DNA of 63,449 nt, the filler included, from Olpidium bornovanus S191 (lineage: Eukaryota > Fungi > Olpidiomycota): the NCBI GenBank assembly GCA_017911155.1. It is 30 parts of 30 records of this genome, joined end to end, with 100 filler letters (N's around TTAATTAATTAA, not from the genome) between each part and the next. Parts side by side here need not be neighbours in the genome. Positions count along the whole stretch, not along the records: positions 10,472 to 14,850 come from JAEFCI010004181.1; positions 14,951 to 16,343 come from JAEFCI010006623.1; positions 16,444 to 19,434 come from JAEFCI010009632.1; positions 19,535 to 23,320 come from JAEFCI010004200.1; positions 23,421 to 24,505 come from JAEFCI010008346.1; 25 more parts are not named here. One strand, 5' to 3'. Below the pieces are notes generated by a model, which worked only from the letters and a program-made list of their open reading frames with translations, was not told the DNA's origin and did not search any database. The position numbers and the translations under genes were made by a program. This document shows positions 11,713 through 23,900 of the stretch, piece by piece. Position 1 is the stretch's first letter. Every line of letters begins with the position of its first letter.

Positions 11713-12366
11713 TCATTCAATGAAGAGTTGTGCGCCATCGACCTCATGCGGGAGGAGCGGTGTGCGTGGAAGAGATAAGTTTCTGACAGCGCAGGTATAC
11801 TCGTCGCCCTTTTCGACTGACTGCACTTGATCTTTTAGCGCCTCACGGACGAATTTGTCGAGTTTCAGCTGGTTGACGAAAGTAGTGGGAAAGTCGGGTC
11901 CGTCTTTTAAGCCTGGGAACGGCTTCCACTCCCCGCGGGCTTTAAGCTCCTCGACGCGCTCTTGGATCATCTTCTTGGTCGCCAGAGCGCGGGGGCCAAG
12001 CTTGTGCCGAGTGTTGAGGAGATAGTTGTCGAGCCCCCCGAAGTGGTCGATGTCGTTCTTGACGCGGTTGGTGGTGCGGAACTGGATGCATGCGTCCATG
12101 GCGTTGGAGTAGTAGGTGTAATTGTCGTCGGCGGTCCTCCACTGTTTGTACCACCGGCGCTCGTTCCACTTGTACCGGTTCGTCCAGTAGAACCCGCGCC
12201 ACCACCGCTGGTTGCCGAAGATCCCGAAGGCCATGCGCAGACGGTCGCGCCCCTTGAAACCGAGCTGCTTGGCCTGCAGCACCTGCTTGCGCAGCGAGAG
12301 GCCGTACTTGGGTTTTGGCGCCGGCATCCGCGGCCGCGCGGACTGCAAGGCCCTTGTCGCGAACAT
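11713..12366 (-). CDS. MRPL24: Mitochondrial ribosomal protein bL28m (yeast MrpL24-like)
   Basis: Basic targeting-like N-terminus, then R-W-x-x-N...YSNAMDACIQFRTTNRVKNDIDHFGGLDNYLL, the L28 family core. Confidence 0.8.
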   Translation of the reverse strand: MFATRALQSARPRMPAPKPKYGLSLRKQVLQAKQLGFKGRDRLRMAFGIFGNQRWWRGFYWTNRYKWNERRWYKQWRTADDNYTYYSNAMDACIQFRTTNRVKNDIDHFGGLDNYLLNTRHKLGPRALATKKMIQERVEELKARGEWKPFPGLKDGPDFPTTFVNQLKLDKFVREALKDQVQSVEKGDEYTCAVRNLSLPRTPLLPHEVDGAQLFIE

Positions 12367-12714
12367 CTCGGCTCTCCCTTCCGCCGCCCCTCGCTGGGCT
12401 GTGCGCTACGGGCCCGTTTTGTCGGGCGACGGGCAAGTCTTCTGCTTTTGTTGTTGCGGGGGCTGCGGCGGGCGCGGAGGCAAGGGGGGAGGGGGGCGGA
12501 GCCGTCAAGCCGGGCCGGAGACGCTCGTCTCCCCTCTTGGCCCCCTCCCTCTCCGGCCCAGGGCCACTCCCGCGGACTCCATCACGCCGCGAAATAGGGT
12601 CAGGCCGGGTCAGTTTGCGCCGCAGCCCAGGCTGTCTAGCAGAGCCTGCGTTCGTCTGCTACGTCCAATGATAATGAGCCAGGGTTTACGTCTACTTCCT
12701 GGTCTGCCCTCCGA

Positions 12715-12990
12715 GCCAGCCTTTCAATCTGCCTCCGGCTCCAGCTCTGGCTCCGTGAGCCTGAATTTGCGGATCCCGCAAATCTGCAAATCCCTCTGAC
12801 CTGTGAATCCCACGAACCAGCGGATCCGGCGAATCTGCAAATCTCGAGATTCTCATTTTCCGCGAATATGTGAATCCGGCCTCTGGCTCTGGCTTTGGCT
12901 CTGGCTAAGACTTTGGCTCCGGCACCGGCTCCATCAAATCTAAGTATTAGGCAATTCCGAATCTGCGAAATCCTGCGAATCTGCTAATCC
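12715..12990. repeat. Composite degenerate repeat: GGCTCT hexamers interleaved with 8-9 bp GC(G/A)(G/A)ATC(C/T) motifs
   Basis: Directly visible, e.g. gcggatcccgcaaatctgcaaatccc, gcggatccggcgaatctgcaaatctc, ggctctggctctggctttggctctggct. Confidence 0.75.
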
Positions 12991-13124
12991 ACTGAAGATT
13001 TTGCGCCGATGACCCGTAATGGCCTCATGTGGGGTGATGTATGCGTGCGTCCTGCTCGAGACCGATGCGCGAATTACCGTGCGTGCAAGTGGGCGAGGTG
13101 GTATCGGGATAGGAGGCGCCGGTC

Positions 13125-13168
13125 ACACACACGCACACGCACACGCACGCACACGCACACGCACACGC
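13125..13168. repeat. (CACACG/CACG)n microsatellite
   Basis: Directly visible. The same motif occurs on the opposite strand as (TGCGTG)n at about 43797-43835. Confidence 0.85.
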
Positions 13169-13399
13169 AGGGTGGGGGAGCAGAACTGGTCAGTTTGATT
13201 CCAAAAGATTGTCACGCTCGTACGCTGCGCCCAAACCTCTGCCGGCAAGCGAGTTGCGCCAGAAAGGGTTGTCCAGGAAGCACGCGCCGAATATGCCAGG
13301 CAATCACTGTGACCAAAACCCCAGACCCTGCTCGGACTGTCCACCCCGAGTCCAATATAAAATACCAGGGCAACCCTGGCATACACAAAAATCCCTCGA

Positions 13400-13790
13400 G
13401 TTCCTCTACAAGGTAGAGGGGTATTAAACACCTCTATGTACTTTTCTAGGCCCCCGTCGCACTTGCTCTGCAAGAAACCTACCTGTTCCTTCATGGTCAT
13501 CTGCCAAGAATTTTTGGGTGATATTCGCAGTAAAACACCTGTCGAATGTCCTCCCATTTTCACCGGCGACTGTTACTTCCTTGTGGGTTGTCTTTGGCAT
13601 GGCTCTGCCAGAGTCTACTAGCTTGGTCAGTTTTGAATTTGTTGGTCGCCAGCAGCAACGCTTCTTGCCTCTATTGCAATTTCCATTTTCTCGTTTTTTT
13701 TACGAAGTCATTGACCGTGGAGGTGCATCCAAGTAGCGCAAATTGTGGTACGGAGGCAAGTAGTGACTTGATGTTCCCTCCGGCCTAAGG
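13400..13790 (-). pseudogene. Degenerate gag capsid remnant of the same family as 2352 and 39016
   Basis: Broken frames read IKSLLASVPQF...STVNDFVKK...LLLATNKF...ASRLWQSH...KWEDIRQVFYCEYHP...GLEKYIEVFN, collinear with the motifs of the intact gags. Contains stops and frameshifts. Confidence 0.6.
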
Positions 13791-14950
13791 CGCGTGCAAT
13801 TTTTTTCCCTGTTGACCCGTTTTCCAAGTGTGCGTGTGTGATTCTTTCTGATTGAGCAGGTCCCGGGATGAACATATCTCTAAGTCTCTTTGCGGATATT
13901 GGTGAGGCGCGCTTGCGAAGACAATTCCCTAATGCTGCGCAAATTGGGCAGGGCCGGTCAGCTGGGTGAGGCGAGAAGCGCCAGAAAACTGGCGTCAGAA
14001 AACTTTCGAAAACAAAAAACAACCAGCGCTTCCTCCACAAATCGTCAAGTCCAGTCAGTGCATGTACGACCCACTCTTCAAATATAATCTACGAGCGTGT
14101 GGCCGGTGGGAGACGGGGCCTCTCGCTGAGTTGATCGGTTCTCAGCCTGTCCTGGGAGGTGCTGCCAAACTATTTTGTTCTGGTGTTGTGGTGTTGTGCT
14201 GCTGTGGGGTGGTGCGTGTGCGCGTAAACATCCGCGTTTTCACTTAACTGGTTTCCGTCCGTAGGCTAATGAACAAAAAAAATAAAATAAAATAAAAAAC
14301 ACGTAACCAACAACTCAAGTAACTGATAACTACGAGCTATCCCAATGCTGACGCAGGCAATTGATAATGACGCCTCAATTACTAACACTTCGACTTTCTG
14401 ACTCTTAAAAAAGCCAGCTTTTTCCGTCGCCTCATAAAATATCAGTGGCAGCTCACTCCCGATCGTCGTTCTACGGAAGTCGTGTTTTCCGTTCAATTTG
14501 CTTGAGCCTTGCGCAAGGAAGCACCGCGTTCGCTGTCCCTGAATTTTTATACTTTTTTTCCTTTTTTTTTTCCCGCACGGCGCCGTCCTTTGGCCAGAGT
14601 TTCCGAATAATCACAGAATTTTATTGACGTTTCCTCGTATTCATTCCCGCACGCCGTTCCCTCACTGCTTGTGCTACGTTTACGTGAGGAACGAAAAAAA
14701 CGTAGGCCGGGAGGGAGTAAGCAGGACGACGCAAAATCCACGTTCTCGTCGGAGCTGATGTTTTCGGCAATTCGGGACCTACCCAGTAAATCCAGACACT
14801 CCACAGTCGTTTCGAAGTTGATGCAGGCATCCGTGACGCCTGAAATCATGNNNNNNNNNNNNNNNNNNNNNNNNNNNNNNNNNNNNNNNNNNNNTTAATT
14901 AATTAANNNNNNNNNNNNNNNNNNNNNNNNNNNNNNNNNNNNNNNNNNNN

Positions 14951-15780
14951 CATGGATCCTCCTTCCGCGAGTGTTGGCCAAGATTCGATCGGAGCAGGCC
15001 ACAGCGACGGTGTTGGCACCAATTTGGCTGTCACAACCGTGGTATCCGACGCTACTCGGAATGAGCTACGCGAACCCGATTCGTCTACCAATCACAAAAA
15101 TGGCGTTTCTTTTTCCCGAAGCCACCACGGCGGTTGCACCGTGGCAGACAGCAGCGGTCTGGCGCTCATCCGGGAAAGCCACCTTCGTCAAGGCATATGT
15201 GAAGCAGCTGCGTCACTGCTCACGAAATACGGACTCTGCATCGGGACGCAACGCAACGTGCAGACTCCTTGGCACAGATGGATTCGCTGGTGTGGTGAGA
15301 GACATCTTGATCCCTTGGAGCCCGTGGTCCCTAACGTTGTGAATTATTTGCAACATCTCCGTGATGCTGACGGTTTCATTGTCTTGCAGCTCGAAAGGCA
15401 GGCAGGTGCGATTTCATCATTATGGCGACCGATCGCGGGAGGTCCGCACCGTCCCGACTGATGGCTTCGTCAGACGCACTTAGTACAGAAGTATTTCAAG
15501 GCATTGTGCGAGGAAGCCACCGAGAAAGAGTTGGAAGCGCCGGTGGAGGACGGTGCGCCGGTAACCAATTCAACAGATTCAGTTATCGTCCTGGAAGAGG
15601 ATGTGATCGCCGGAAAGATACGCGGGCCGTCAAATGAAAAATTGATGCTTTGTTCACTTGCTGGAAAGCTGTGTACCTTATTGACATTAGGCTCGAAATG
15701 AAGACCGTCATGCTTGACGTGGATTGGCAGACAAGGTCCCTAACCCTGACTCCCCTCCCGGTCCGTGGCATCGTTGTTGA
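14951..15780 (+). mobile_element. DIRS-like tyrosine-recombinase retrotransposon fragment (end of RT/RNaseH-MT ORF overlapping start of YR ORF), degenerate
   Basis: Frame 1: LAKIRSEQATATVLAPIWLSQPWYPTL (DIRS VLxKI...APxWxxQPWYPxL motif). Overlapping frame: TQRNVQTPWHRWIRWCGERHLDP...VVNYLQHL...LVQKYFKAL...LAGKLCTLLTLGSK*RPS (YR SAM-like domain and first catalytic Arg). Two in-frame TGA stops. Confidence 0.85.
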
Positions 15781-17431
15781 TCATGTGACCGTAAAGCGCA
15801 ATCTTTTGGTTCACAACAAATAAAAATAATAATAAAAATAATATAAAAATAAAAATAAAAATTCGCGAAACAAACAAGAAAACAAAAAACATCTTAAATC
15901 AACATCCTAAAAAAACAACAAAAAAAAACCCCCCGGAAATTTTTTTTTTTACCCCCTCCTCTCTTTAGTTTTTTTTTTCTGTTTTTCTCTGAAGACGGCC
16001 CAGGGAAGGCCCTCCTTCCCCCGCCCCTCCCGCCCCCCCACCACCCCCTCTCTCCCGGCAGACACGCGTGCGCGAATTATATTGGCGAAACCGCGGAGAT
16101 TTGAAACGCTCACTTTGGCGCAGGGGGAGCACAGGATCGTCCGGTTCAGCGATTGGAACGGGTCCGACGGTTCCGTCGACGTCGGGTCCGCGGCCGCCGC
16201 GAAGAGCCCGGCCAGCGCGGACCGGACGTAGGCACGGTCGGCGAAGCACACTTGCCCGCTGCCGGGGTCGGCCCAACAGTCTCCGGCGGCGACGTCGCGG
16301 GCGACCTCGAGGATCCGGGAGGCCGGGGCGCTCCGGAGCATGGNNNNNNNNNNNNNNNNNNNNNNNNNNNNNNNNNNNNNNNNNNNNTTAATTAATTAAN
16401 NNNNNNNNNNNNNNNNNNNNNNNNNNNNNNNNNNNNNNNNNNNCATGGCCTGATTGTCTACCTGGCCCGAATCAATGTCTCGTACACGAAATTGCGGTGC
16501 TCAGAAGCAACTTTAGTGGGAACGAGAGGGGCGGGCGTGTCGCCCGTGTGAAATCGTCTCTTCCGCCTAGTATGGCGCACGACAGTCAAACAATCCGGGT
16601 CGATCCACGGGCTTGGTGAGGCCGGCGGCCAGAACCTCGGCAACGGACAAAAAGAATGCCTGGTGATCGTCGCAAATTCACTCCGCGCACGTCGCGTAAA
16701 CGCGCGGCTGGTGAACGGACTTCTTTTCCTTCAGGAAGAGCGCTGACGATACATACCCTCAGTCGCAGTGAGGCTCACGTGCTCTTATTTCAGTCGCGAG
16801 ACGCGCTGATGGTTGCGGTGAAACCATACAGGGGCAGTACCAACAGGTCCGGGAAGGAGGCCCCGTTAGCGGGCGGACAAAAGAGAACACTTCGCGCCGT
16901 CACCGGGCGGCGAACGGATCCGTGATGATCAACCCTTTCCAAGCTTATTGTTACGTGAGTTCCTGCGAACAGTCGTAACGAACCCAGCGACCGGCGCACT
17001 AGGTAAAACCGCCAGACCAAGAGTGGCGCTCCCAGATCGCTCGCGCGCGCCTTGCAGCGGAAATTTTACGGGGCCGAATGCGACCAGTCGGACGGCCCGG
17101 GTGATTTCCGCGGCCGCCGGGGACGGGCGTGCGGGGGAGCAAAGGGGTGGCAAACTAGCGGGGGAGAGAGAGAACATTAATTTATCCGGCGTTTCACAAC
17201 GAGCCTGTGGGGAGGCAACAAGGCCGTGGTTTTTCTCGCCTCCGTTTCGCTCGAGCACGAGCGTCGTCTGCGACGTCGAACCGCGCGCGGGGAACGAAAG
17301 GGCGTGCGGGCGTGCGCGCGGTTTCGCGCAAATCGTCCGAAACGCGATATTTCTCCGTCTTAGAACGGGAAAACCGACAAAACCCCCGCCCCGGCAAACG
17401 CCCAAACAACGGGGGTAAAAAAAAAAAAAAA

Positions 17432-19000
17432 ATGGCGTCCAGGTTTTCGGTCGCCCAGGCCGCGTCCTCCACCTACAGCGTCAGCAAGAGCTCGGCGTCC
17501 GTTGGCAGGAGCTCGGCCTCGGTCTCGGGGGACCCGCGGAGGAAGAAGAACGTGGACAGCCCCTATGACCCGGGCTCCGACTACTTCGCCCGCATCGCCG
17601 TCCTGGGCGACAGCGCGGTGGGCAAGTCCACCTTGATCGAGATGGAAGTGGGTGAGATACATAAATATGTAAATACGTATATACGTATTTTCATATATGT
17701 ATATTTGGTTGCCGCCCGCTTTTCGTCGCGGCGGCGAGCCATCCCGTGGATTCTGTCCCGACGGTCCGCTGGACCGGTGAGTCCACGCTTTATTCTCAGA
17801 AGCCACCGCCTTCGTCCCTGTGCAGCTGGCAAGGTGGACACTGGCCCGGCAGTGGGAAAGCTCCTGAAAGGTACTGGGATCAGCTTCCGGGTAGGACTCC
17901 TGGGGACGATCAACCCCGCGCTTTCTCTCCGGCCGGCCGTTTTCCCGAACCTCTGACCCGTCGTGGGTTGGCCGCAGACCAAGAGATACAGAAACATGGA
18001 GTACTGGTGCACGATGCAGTATTGGGACGCGCCAGGCGACCCTGCGTACGCGAGGGAAACCGCAAGGTACTGCGCGGGTGCTGCCGGATACGTGCTCGTG
18101 TTCGACGGTGCGTGCCGAACACCGGGCAACAACTCAACCCCAAACCCGGAACACTCGGGATGGAGAAAGGGGGGGGGGGACCGGGTGAGCAAGACGCTGA
18201 CGGCTCTTTCGCGCGGGTGGCGCAGTTAACCGCCCGGAAACGTTGGAGAACATCGAGAAGATATGGATACCGGAGCTGCGGAAGGGCAAGAGGGGCGGAA
18301 GATCGAAAAGCGTGCTGGGCGGCGAGGGTCCGAGAGAACGCGGCGTCCGGGACTCTCCCCGGTTGGGCTCGCGGTCGTCCGAAGACTGTGCCGCCGGTCG
18401 GTGCCTCGACGACGGCGGGGATTCCGAAACCGAAGACGCGGCCGCCGACGGCCACCCGCCCATGATCATCGTCGGCAACAAGGCCGACCCGGAGTCGGCG
18501 GACGCCACCGAAACGACCATGGCCGGGTTGGGCAAGCCGCATCGGGTAAGTGTGATTCCGAGCCCGGGCCTTCCCCCCCCCCCCCCCCCCCCCCCCCGCC
18601 CCCCCCCCCCCCCCCCCCCCCCCGCACACCCCCCCACCTCCCAAAAAAGAAAAAGGCGGCCGGTTCCCGGCGTTCCCGTAGTCTGGAACAACTCACATCT
18701 AAGGGGGGCCCCCGTGACTAGGTGTACATGGAAGAGGCTGCCATGTTCGCCGAACGTTTCCACGCCGAGTATTTTGAGGTGTCTGCCCTTGCCGGCACCG
18801 GGGTCGCGGACGCGTTCACGCACTTGACCATGGAGATCGCCAAGCTGATACCGGATTCCCCAAACTTCTCGAAACTGCTGGCGAAGGGCATTACCCCCGT
18901 CCGGCCCCTCGCAGGCACGGGGGGCGTCATGCTTCGCCAGGCCATGCAGATGATGTTGGCGGAGCGCGAGAACATTACCGCTACTGTTGACTGGTTGTAG
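17432..19000 (+). CDS. Divergent Rab-like small GTPase without C-terminal prenylation motif (spliced)
   Basis: G1 GDSAVGKS, G3 WDAPG, G4 NKAD, G5 EVSAL across GT-AG exons. Ends ...NITATVDWL* with no Cys. Confidence 0.85.
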
Positions 19001-19706
19001 GGCAAAGTCGAGCAACGAGAGGGATTGTTTCTAAACTCGGGGCCCGGCCTTTTTGTCAGGAGCTACCGTCGTGTCCGTATAATGGTTTACCATACGCGCA
19101 TGGGAACCGCCTACTCAGGTTTGCGGAGGAAAACCCGAATTCAGCAAGGTGCTTGGGTCACCGATGCCTGAGATGTTATTCAGGTCGCTGGATGCCTATC
19201 TTACGTCAGCCAGCAGGTGAATCATCTAAAATTGCGGTGGCCTTAGCCTTGATACATCTGGGCGGCGCACTATACAGATTTGGTGCGGGCCATGGAACCT
19301 TGCACGAAGCTTGCATGAAGCGGGCGGGAGGGGATAGGTGTGTCGCAAAAGCTCGCCCGTCCGACCACACAATGTTGCACGTGATGGTCAAAGTGGTCGA
19401 AGCAGCGGCCACCCAACTGCACCTCCCTTTCCTCNNNNNNNNNNNNNNNNNNNNNNNNNNNNNNNNNNNNNNNNNNNNTTAATTAATTAANNNNNNNNNN
19501 NNNNNNNNNNNNNNNNNNNNNNNNNNNNNNNNNNACGATGCGCTTTATCAGGTTCGGGGCAAAGAAACCCCCGGTTTTGGCCGGAAAATAAATTTCCCCC
19601 CAAATTACACCCACGCGGGGGGGGGGGGGGGGGGGGGGGGCGGGGGGAAAAAAAAAAAAAAAGGGGGGGGGGGGGGGGGGGGGGGGGGGGGAAAACCCCC
19701 CCCGGG

Positions 19707-19742
<36 letters not shown>

Positions 19743-19883
19743 AAAAGGAACATCCTTCCCGGGCACCTCCCCACCAGCCCCGCAACCGCAACGACGGCGG
19801 CCTTTACCGCACAGCACCGGCCGCAGGCAGGCGCGCCTCGCCCTCGTCCCGTGCCGGCCCACGTCCGGCACCTCTCCCGTCCC

Positions 19884-21716
19884 ATGGCAGCGGCGCAGGT
19901 GCCGCCCGGCGGCGGGGTTCAGGCGAAAGTGGCGGACGTCGCGGAGGATGTGGAGGACGTAGAGTACATGGAGGGCGAGGACGACGACGAAGACGACGAC
20001 GGCGACGGCGACGACGACGACGACGGAGGCGCGGGCGAGACGGACGGTCTCTTCGGCCGTGCCGACCTCAAGATGTCTCCCGCTTCCTCGTCCGACGGGA
20101 CGAAGGGCGACTCGCGCAAGCGGCCGGCCGAGGAGACGCTGGAACCCGACGTGACGAAGCTGACGACGCCGGTGTGGGCGCTGAAGGTGTGCCGGGCCCG
20201 GCCGTTGCCCCCCCGCGGCTGTTGCCACTACCCGTGCGAAGCGGGGGAGGCGGGGAGGGCGAGGGCGGGAAGGCGGGGAAAGGAGGGGAGCGGGGCGGGG
20301 TTGCGTCGGCGCCTGCGGACATCCCCCCTTTCCTATTTTTTTTCTTTTTTTTTGTGCATGCCGCCCGCTAACAGGTCTTTGCCGGACCTCCCGCTAGATC
20401 CCGAAGTGGCTTGCCGACAGGTGGGCCGAGCTTGAAGAGGACGACGTTGATCTCGGAGAAGTCCGGTTTCACGAGCCGATGTGGGTTCCTTCCTGCCTGT
20501 TTTCGACGCCGAAGCTCCCTTTGCCTCCCCCCCCCGCCGTGTGTACAAACGTAGAGCTCACGCGACCGTGGTGTCCGTGCCGCCCGCGCCGTTAGCGAGG
20601 GAGTGGCGAAACCCGACGTAAGCTGCTTTTTGACGAGCATGATGCATATGTGTACACGCGTCCTACATATATCCAACAGGCCAGATTGGCGGATCGTTTA
20701 CTGGGTTTCGCATCCTAGGCATCGATAATTTTGTCCGATGCTGCGGTAAACAGAGGGTTGCCGAAGGAATACAAGCTGACAGTGCTGGAAACTTCAAGAA
20801 AGAGCTTGTACGCGTTTTCCGAACGCGAGGACGGTGAGTCTCGGTACCTCTTTGCTGGCACGCACCACTCTTCCCTCCTCCCCGCCTGCTTAGAAGGGGA
20901 TCTCTGCAGGCTACCGGAAAGCCAGCCGACCGAATTCCGTTGTTTTGCGAACGATCCCCCCCCCCCTTTCCCCCCGGGCCTCAAATTAGGTACCGTGGAG
21001 ATAAATGGGGTCGTTGCAACGGAGTGCGAAGCACAGCCCGTGATGTGCGCGGAGCTGCGACAGATACTTGAGAAGCGGGAGCAGGAGCAGGCGGTAAACA
21101 AGGCGCCTATCCTGCTCACGAACGAAGAGATGAAGCCCAACGCAATCGTTCCGGGCGGTCAGACGCTGAGTCTTCCGCTGGCGGTACGTTTGCTGCCGGC
21201 GCCCGATTGCGGTTCCGTGCTCCCGCTTCGCGCGACCCCGCTTCGGTCGTCTCGCCTCGCCGTTGGGTGGCCTTCGCCACCCTCTGCTGACGCTGGACTC
21301 CTACCTCTTTGGGCCTTCAGCGGAAGCCGCCCACGAAGCAGCAGATTTTGGAAAGCAAGACGGCGCGCATGCCGAAGAACGAGCTCCTTGACCTGCTCTT
21401 CGCCGCCTTTGAGAGGTACCAGCTCTGGTCGTTTAAGGGCATCCTCGAGTACGTCCGCCAGCCAATTTCCTATACCCGCGAGGTGCTTCAAGAGGTGGCC
21501 GTTCTCCACAAAAAGGGGGAGCATACGGGCAAGTACGAGCTCAAACCCGAGTTTCGGAAGGGCGGCGCCGGCGCCGCCGCTGCCAGGGAGGTCAAGGAAA
21601 AGAGATCGCCCGATGAGGGCGAGGAGGAGTTCGTAGAGAGCGGTGAGGAATCGGAAGAGAGGACAGGCGGCGACGAGGAAAGCTCAGAAGAAGACGAGTT
21701 TGAAGAGGTGGAGTAA
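19884..21716 (+). CDS. TFG2: Transcription factor TFIIF beta subunit (RAP30)
   Basis: VWALK, LPKEYKL...LYAFSE, GVVATECEAQP, RMPKNELLDLLFAAFERYQLWSFKGILEYVRQPISYTREVLQEVAVLHKKGEHTGKYELKPEF (C-terminal winged helix). Confidence 0.92.
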
Positions 21717-22527
21717 GACGGGCAAAGCTGGGGAACGGCAGGCGGAAGCCAACGCCCGCGTCACCCGCTGGAAAAAAACGGTATCTATCTCGTACGTTGC
21801 GTAGTTCTTGGTTGTGTAGCATGCAGCCACCAAGGGCGGTATGCCCCGCAGATAAGTCGACTCCATCGCGGTCGTGCTGTTTGGAGGAGATCGCCCAGAT
21901 CCGTCTGAGGCGCGGTGAAGTGCGGCTATCTGCGCGCCGGCTTGCCCTGGTTAGAAACCACACTGTTGCCCGAGCGTTTTCCTGCGTCCGTCGCCCAACA
22001 ATCGGGCGTTCCGCCGCCGAGCATCACGCTGACGCCGGGGAAAAGCGAGACAGCTGGCACCCGTGACCTGCGCGAGTTTTGAGATGACGTTCCCCACCTT
22101 TTCCTCTCGTTCGGCAACCAACGGCGCCGGAAAACTCACGATACGCGCGCCGGAGGCCCGCGGGCCGGCGGAGGAACGTTTGACCAAAACCGCGACGCAC
22201 GGCCGAACGCCGCCGGGTCGGCTCCGCCGTTTTCAGGGAAAAATAATGCCCTTCGGAGAGGGGGCGACGCCTCCTCTCGACGAAAACTCCGCGGACGGCG
22301 CCGCGTCGTAAAACTCTTCCGGGTGGGGAAGGAGTTTCTGCGGGACGGTTTTCCACGCGGCGTTTTGGGTTTTGACGGGAGGGTTCGCGCCCTACTGCAT
22401 CACTCATCCTCGAACGAACACCCCGTCGAAACGAACGATCGACGTCGAACCAAAAAGGGGTCTGCATAACGTGATAACGGGTAAGCCAAGAAAAAAGAAA
22501 AAAAAAGTAAACAATTGCCGTCACAAC

Positions 22528-22796
22528 AGCCTCCGCGAAGGCCTCCGCGAGGGCCTCCGCGATGATTTCCGCGATGATTTCCGCGAGGGCCTCCACGATG
22601 ATTTCCACGATGACCTCCATCCCCCCCGCCATGGCACCACGGGGACCCCCTCCGCCATGGCACCATGGCGCCTCTCCGCCATGGCGCTACGGGGACCCTC
22701 TCCGCCATGCCGCACCGCCGTGGTGCCATGGAAGGAGGCATGGAAGGAACCATGGAGGGAGCCATTGAAGGAGCCATAGAGGGGGCCATGGAGGGA
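22528..22796. repeat. Two 12-bp-period tandem arrays around a CCATGG-rich core
   Basis: Left units resemble CCTCCGCGAGGG/GATGATTTCCGC. Right units resemble CCATGGAGGGAG (about 6 copies). TATATAA follows immediately at 22797-22803. Confidence 0.8.
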
Positions 22797-23828
22797 TATA
22801 TAAGGAGAGCCTCGTTACGGAAACCCTCCGGTTCACTCACAGAGCATAGTAAACACAAACCAAACACAACAGCGGACAGGCTCCGTTTTCGAACAGTCAC
22901 CCCGCTTGGACTGTGCGTACTCGGTCCTTTACCGTCCTCAACACTCTACACAGACAACATTAGTAAAAACCATGCAGACCCCCGGAAAAGCCGGAGAGAA
23001 ACCGCTGTCCCAAGTAGTTATGAGCCCAACGACCAGCGCCGGTCAAAAGACGTTTCTCTTGCTTTTTTGCCCCGCCCTCTCCCTGCCTGTCTCTCCAACG
23101 CCCTGCCATTTTTCCTGCGTTTTCCGGCGAGCAACGAGCGGTTGTTCCGTCGTCAACGGCCGTGCCGTCGTCCGCGGCACACTCACCGATATCTGCCGGC
23201 ATAGCTCTTTTTTTTTTTGGAGCCGCAGGTATCCGCAATTTGCACAATGGGCAATTGTTTGTTTTGTTCACTCGATATAATTTTTTTTTTTGTTTGAAAA
23301 CTCGGCGGATCTCAGTCATGNNNNNNNNNNNNNNNNNNNNNNNNNNNNNNNNNNNNNNNNNNNNTTAATTAATTAANNNNNNNNNNNNNNNNNNNNNNNN
23401 NNNNNNNNNNNNNNNNNNNNCATGCTGGCGGAAGGCCGGCTGACGGGCCACCAGTCCACAGGCATCGACTTGACGCAGTACACCAGTAATCGAGCCTTTC
23501 GCGTGTGCGGCGCGAGCAAGTCCGGGCCGCCAGGACCGACGACCGCCGTGGGCGTCTAGTTTGCACACGGGAGGTATCGCGCATCTTTTTTTTTTTTCCG
23601 GCCGCTGACGTACCTTTCATTTCTTTTTTCTCTCTTACACACACACTCTTTTTTTTTTCTGCCTTGCCGGCATCGCGTGTGCCCGCATCTCTTTCTCTCT
23701 CTCTCTCTCTTGCCGGCATCCTGTGCGCCCTTTTTTTTCCCTGCCGCTGGCCGAAATTTCGTTTCTTTTCTTTTGTTTTTCTCTCTCCCTCCTTCCTTCT
23801 TTCCTTCTTTGCCGCCATTACGTGCCGC

Positions 23829-23900
23829 AGGAAGGAAGGAAGGAAGGAAGGAAGGAAGGAAGGACGGAAGGACGAAAGGAAGGAAGGAAGGAAGGAAGGA
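23829..23900. repeat. (GAAG)n microsatellite
   Basis: Directly visible. Confidence 0.9.

Noticed and set aside
12678-13380. GCCAGGGTT ... AACCCTGGC as hAT terminal inverted repeats
   Set aside because: Only 9 bp match and there is no 8-bp target-site duplication.
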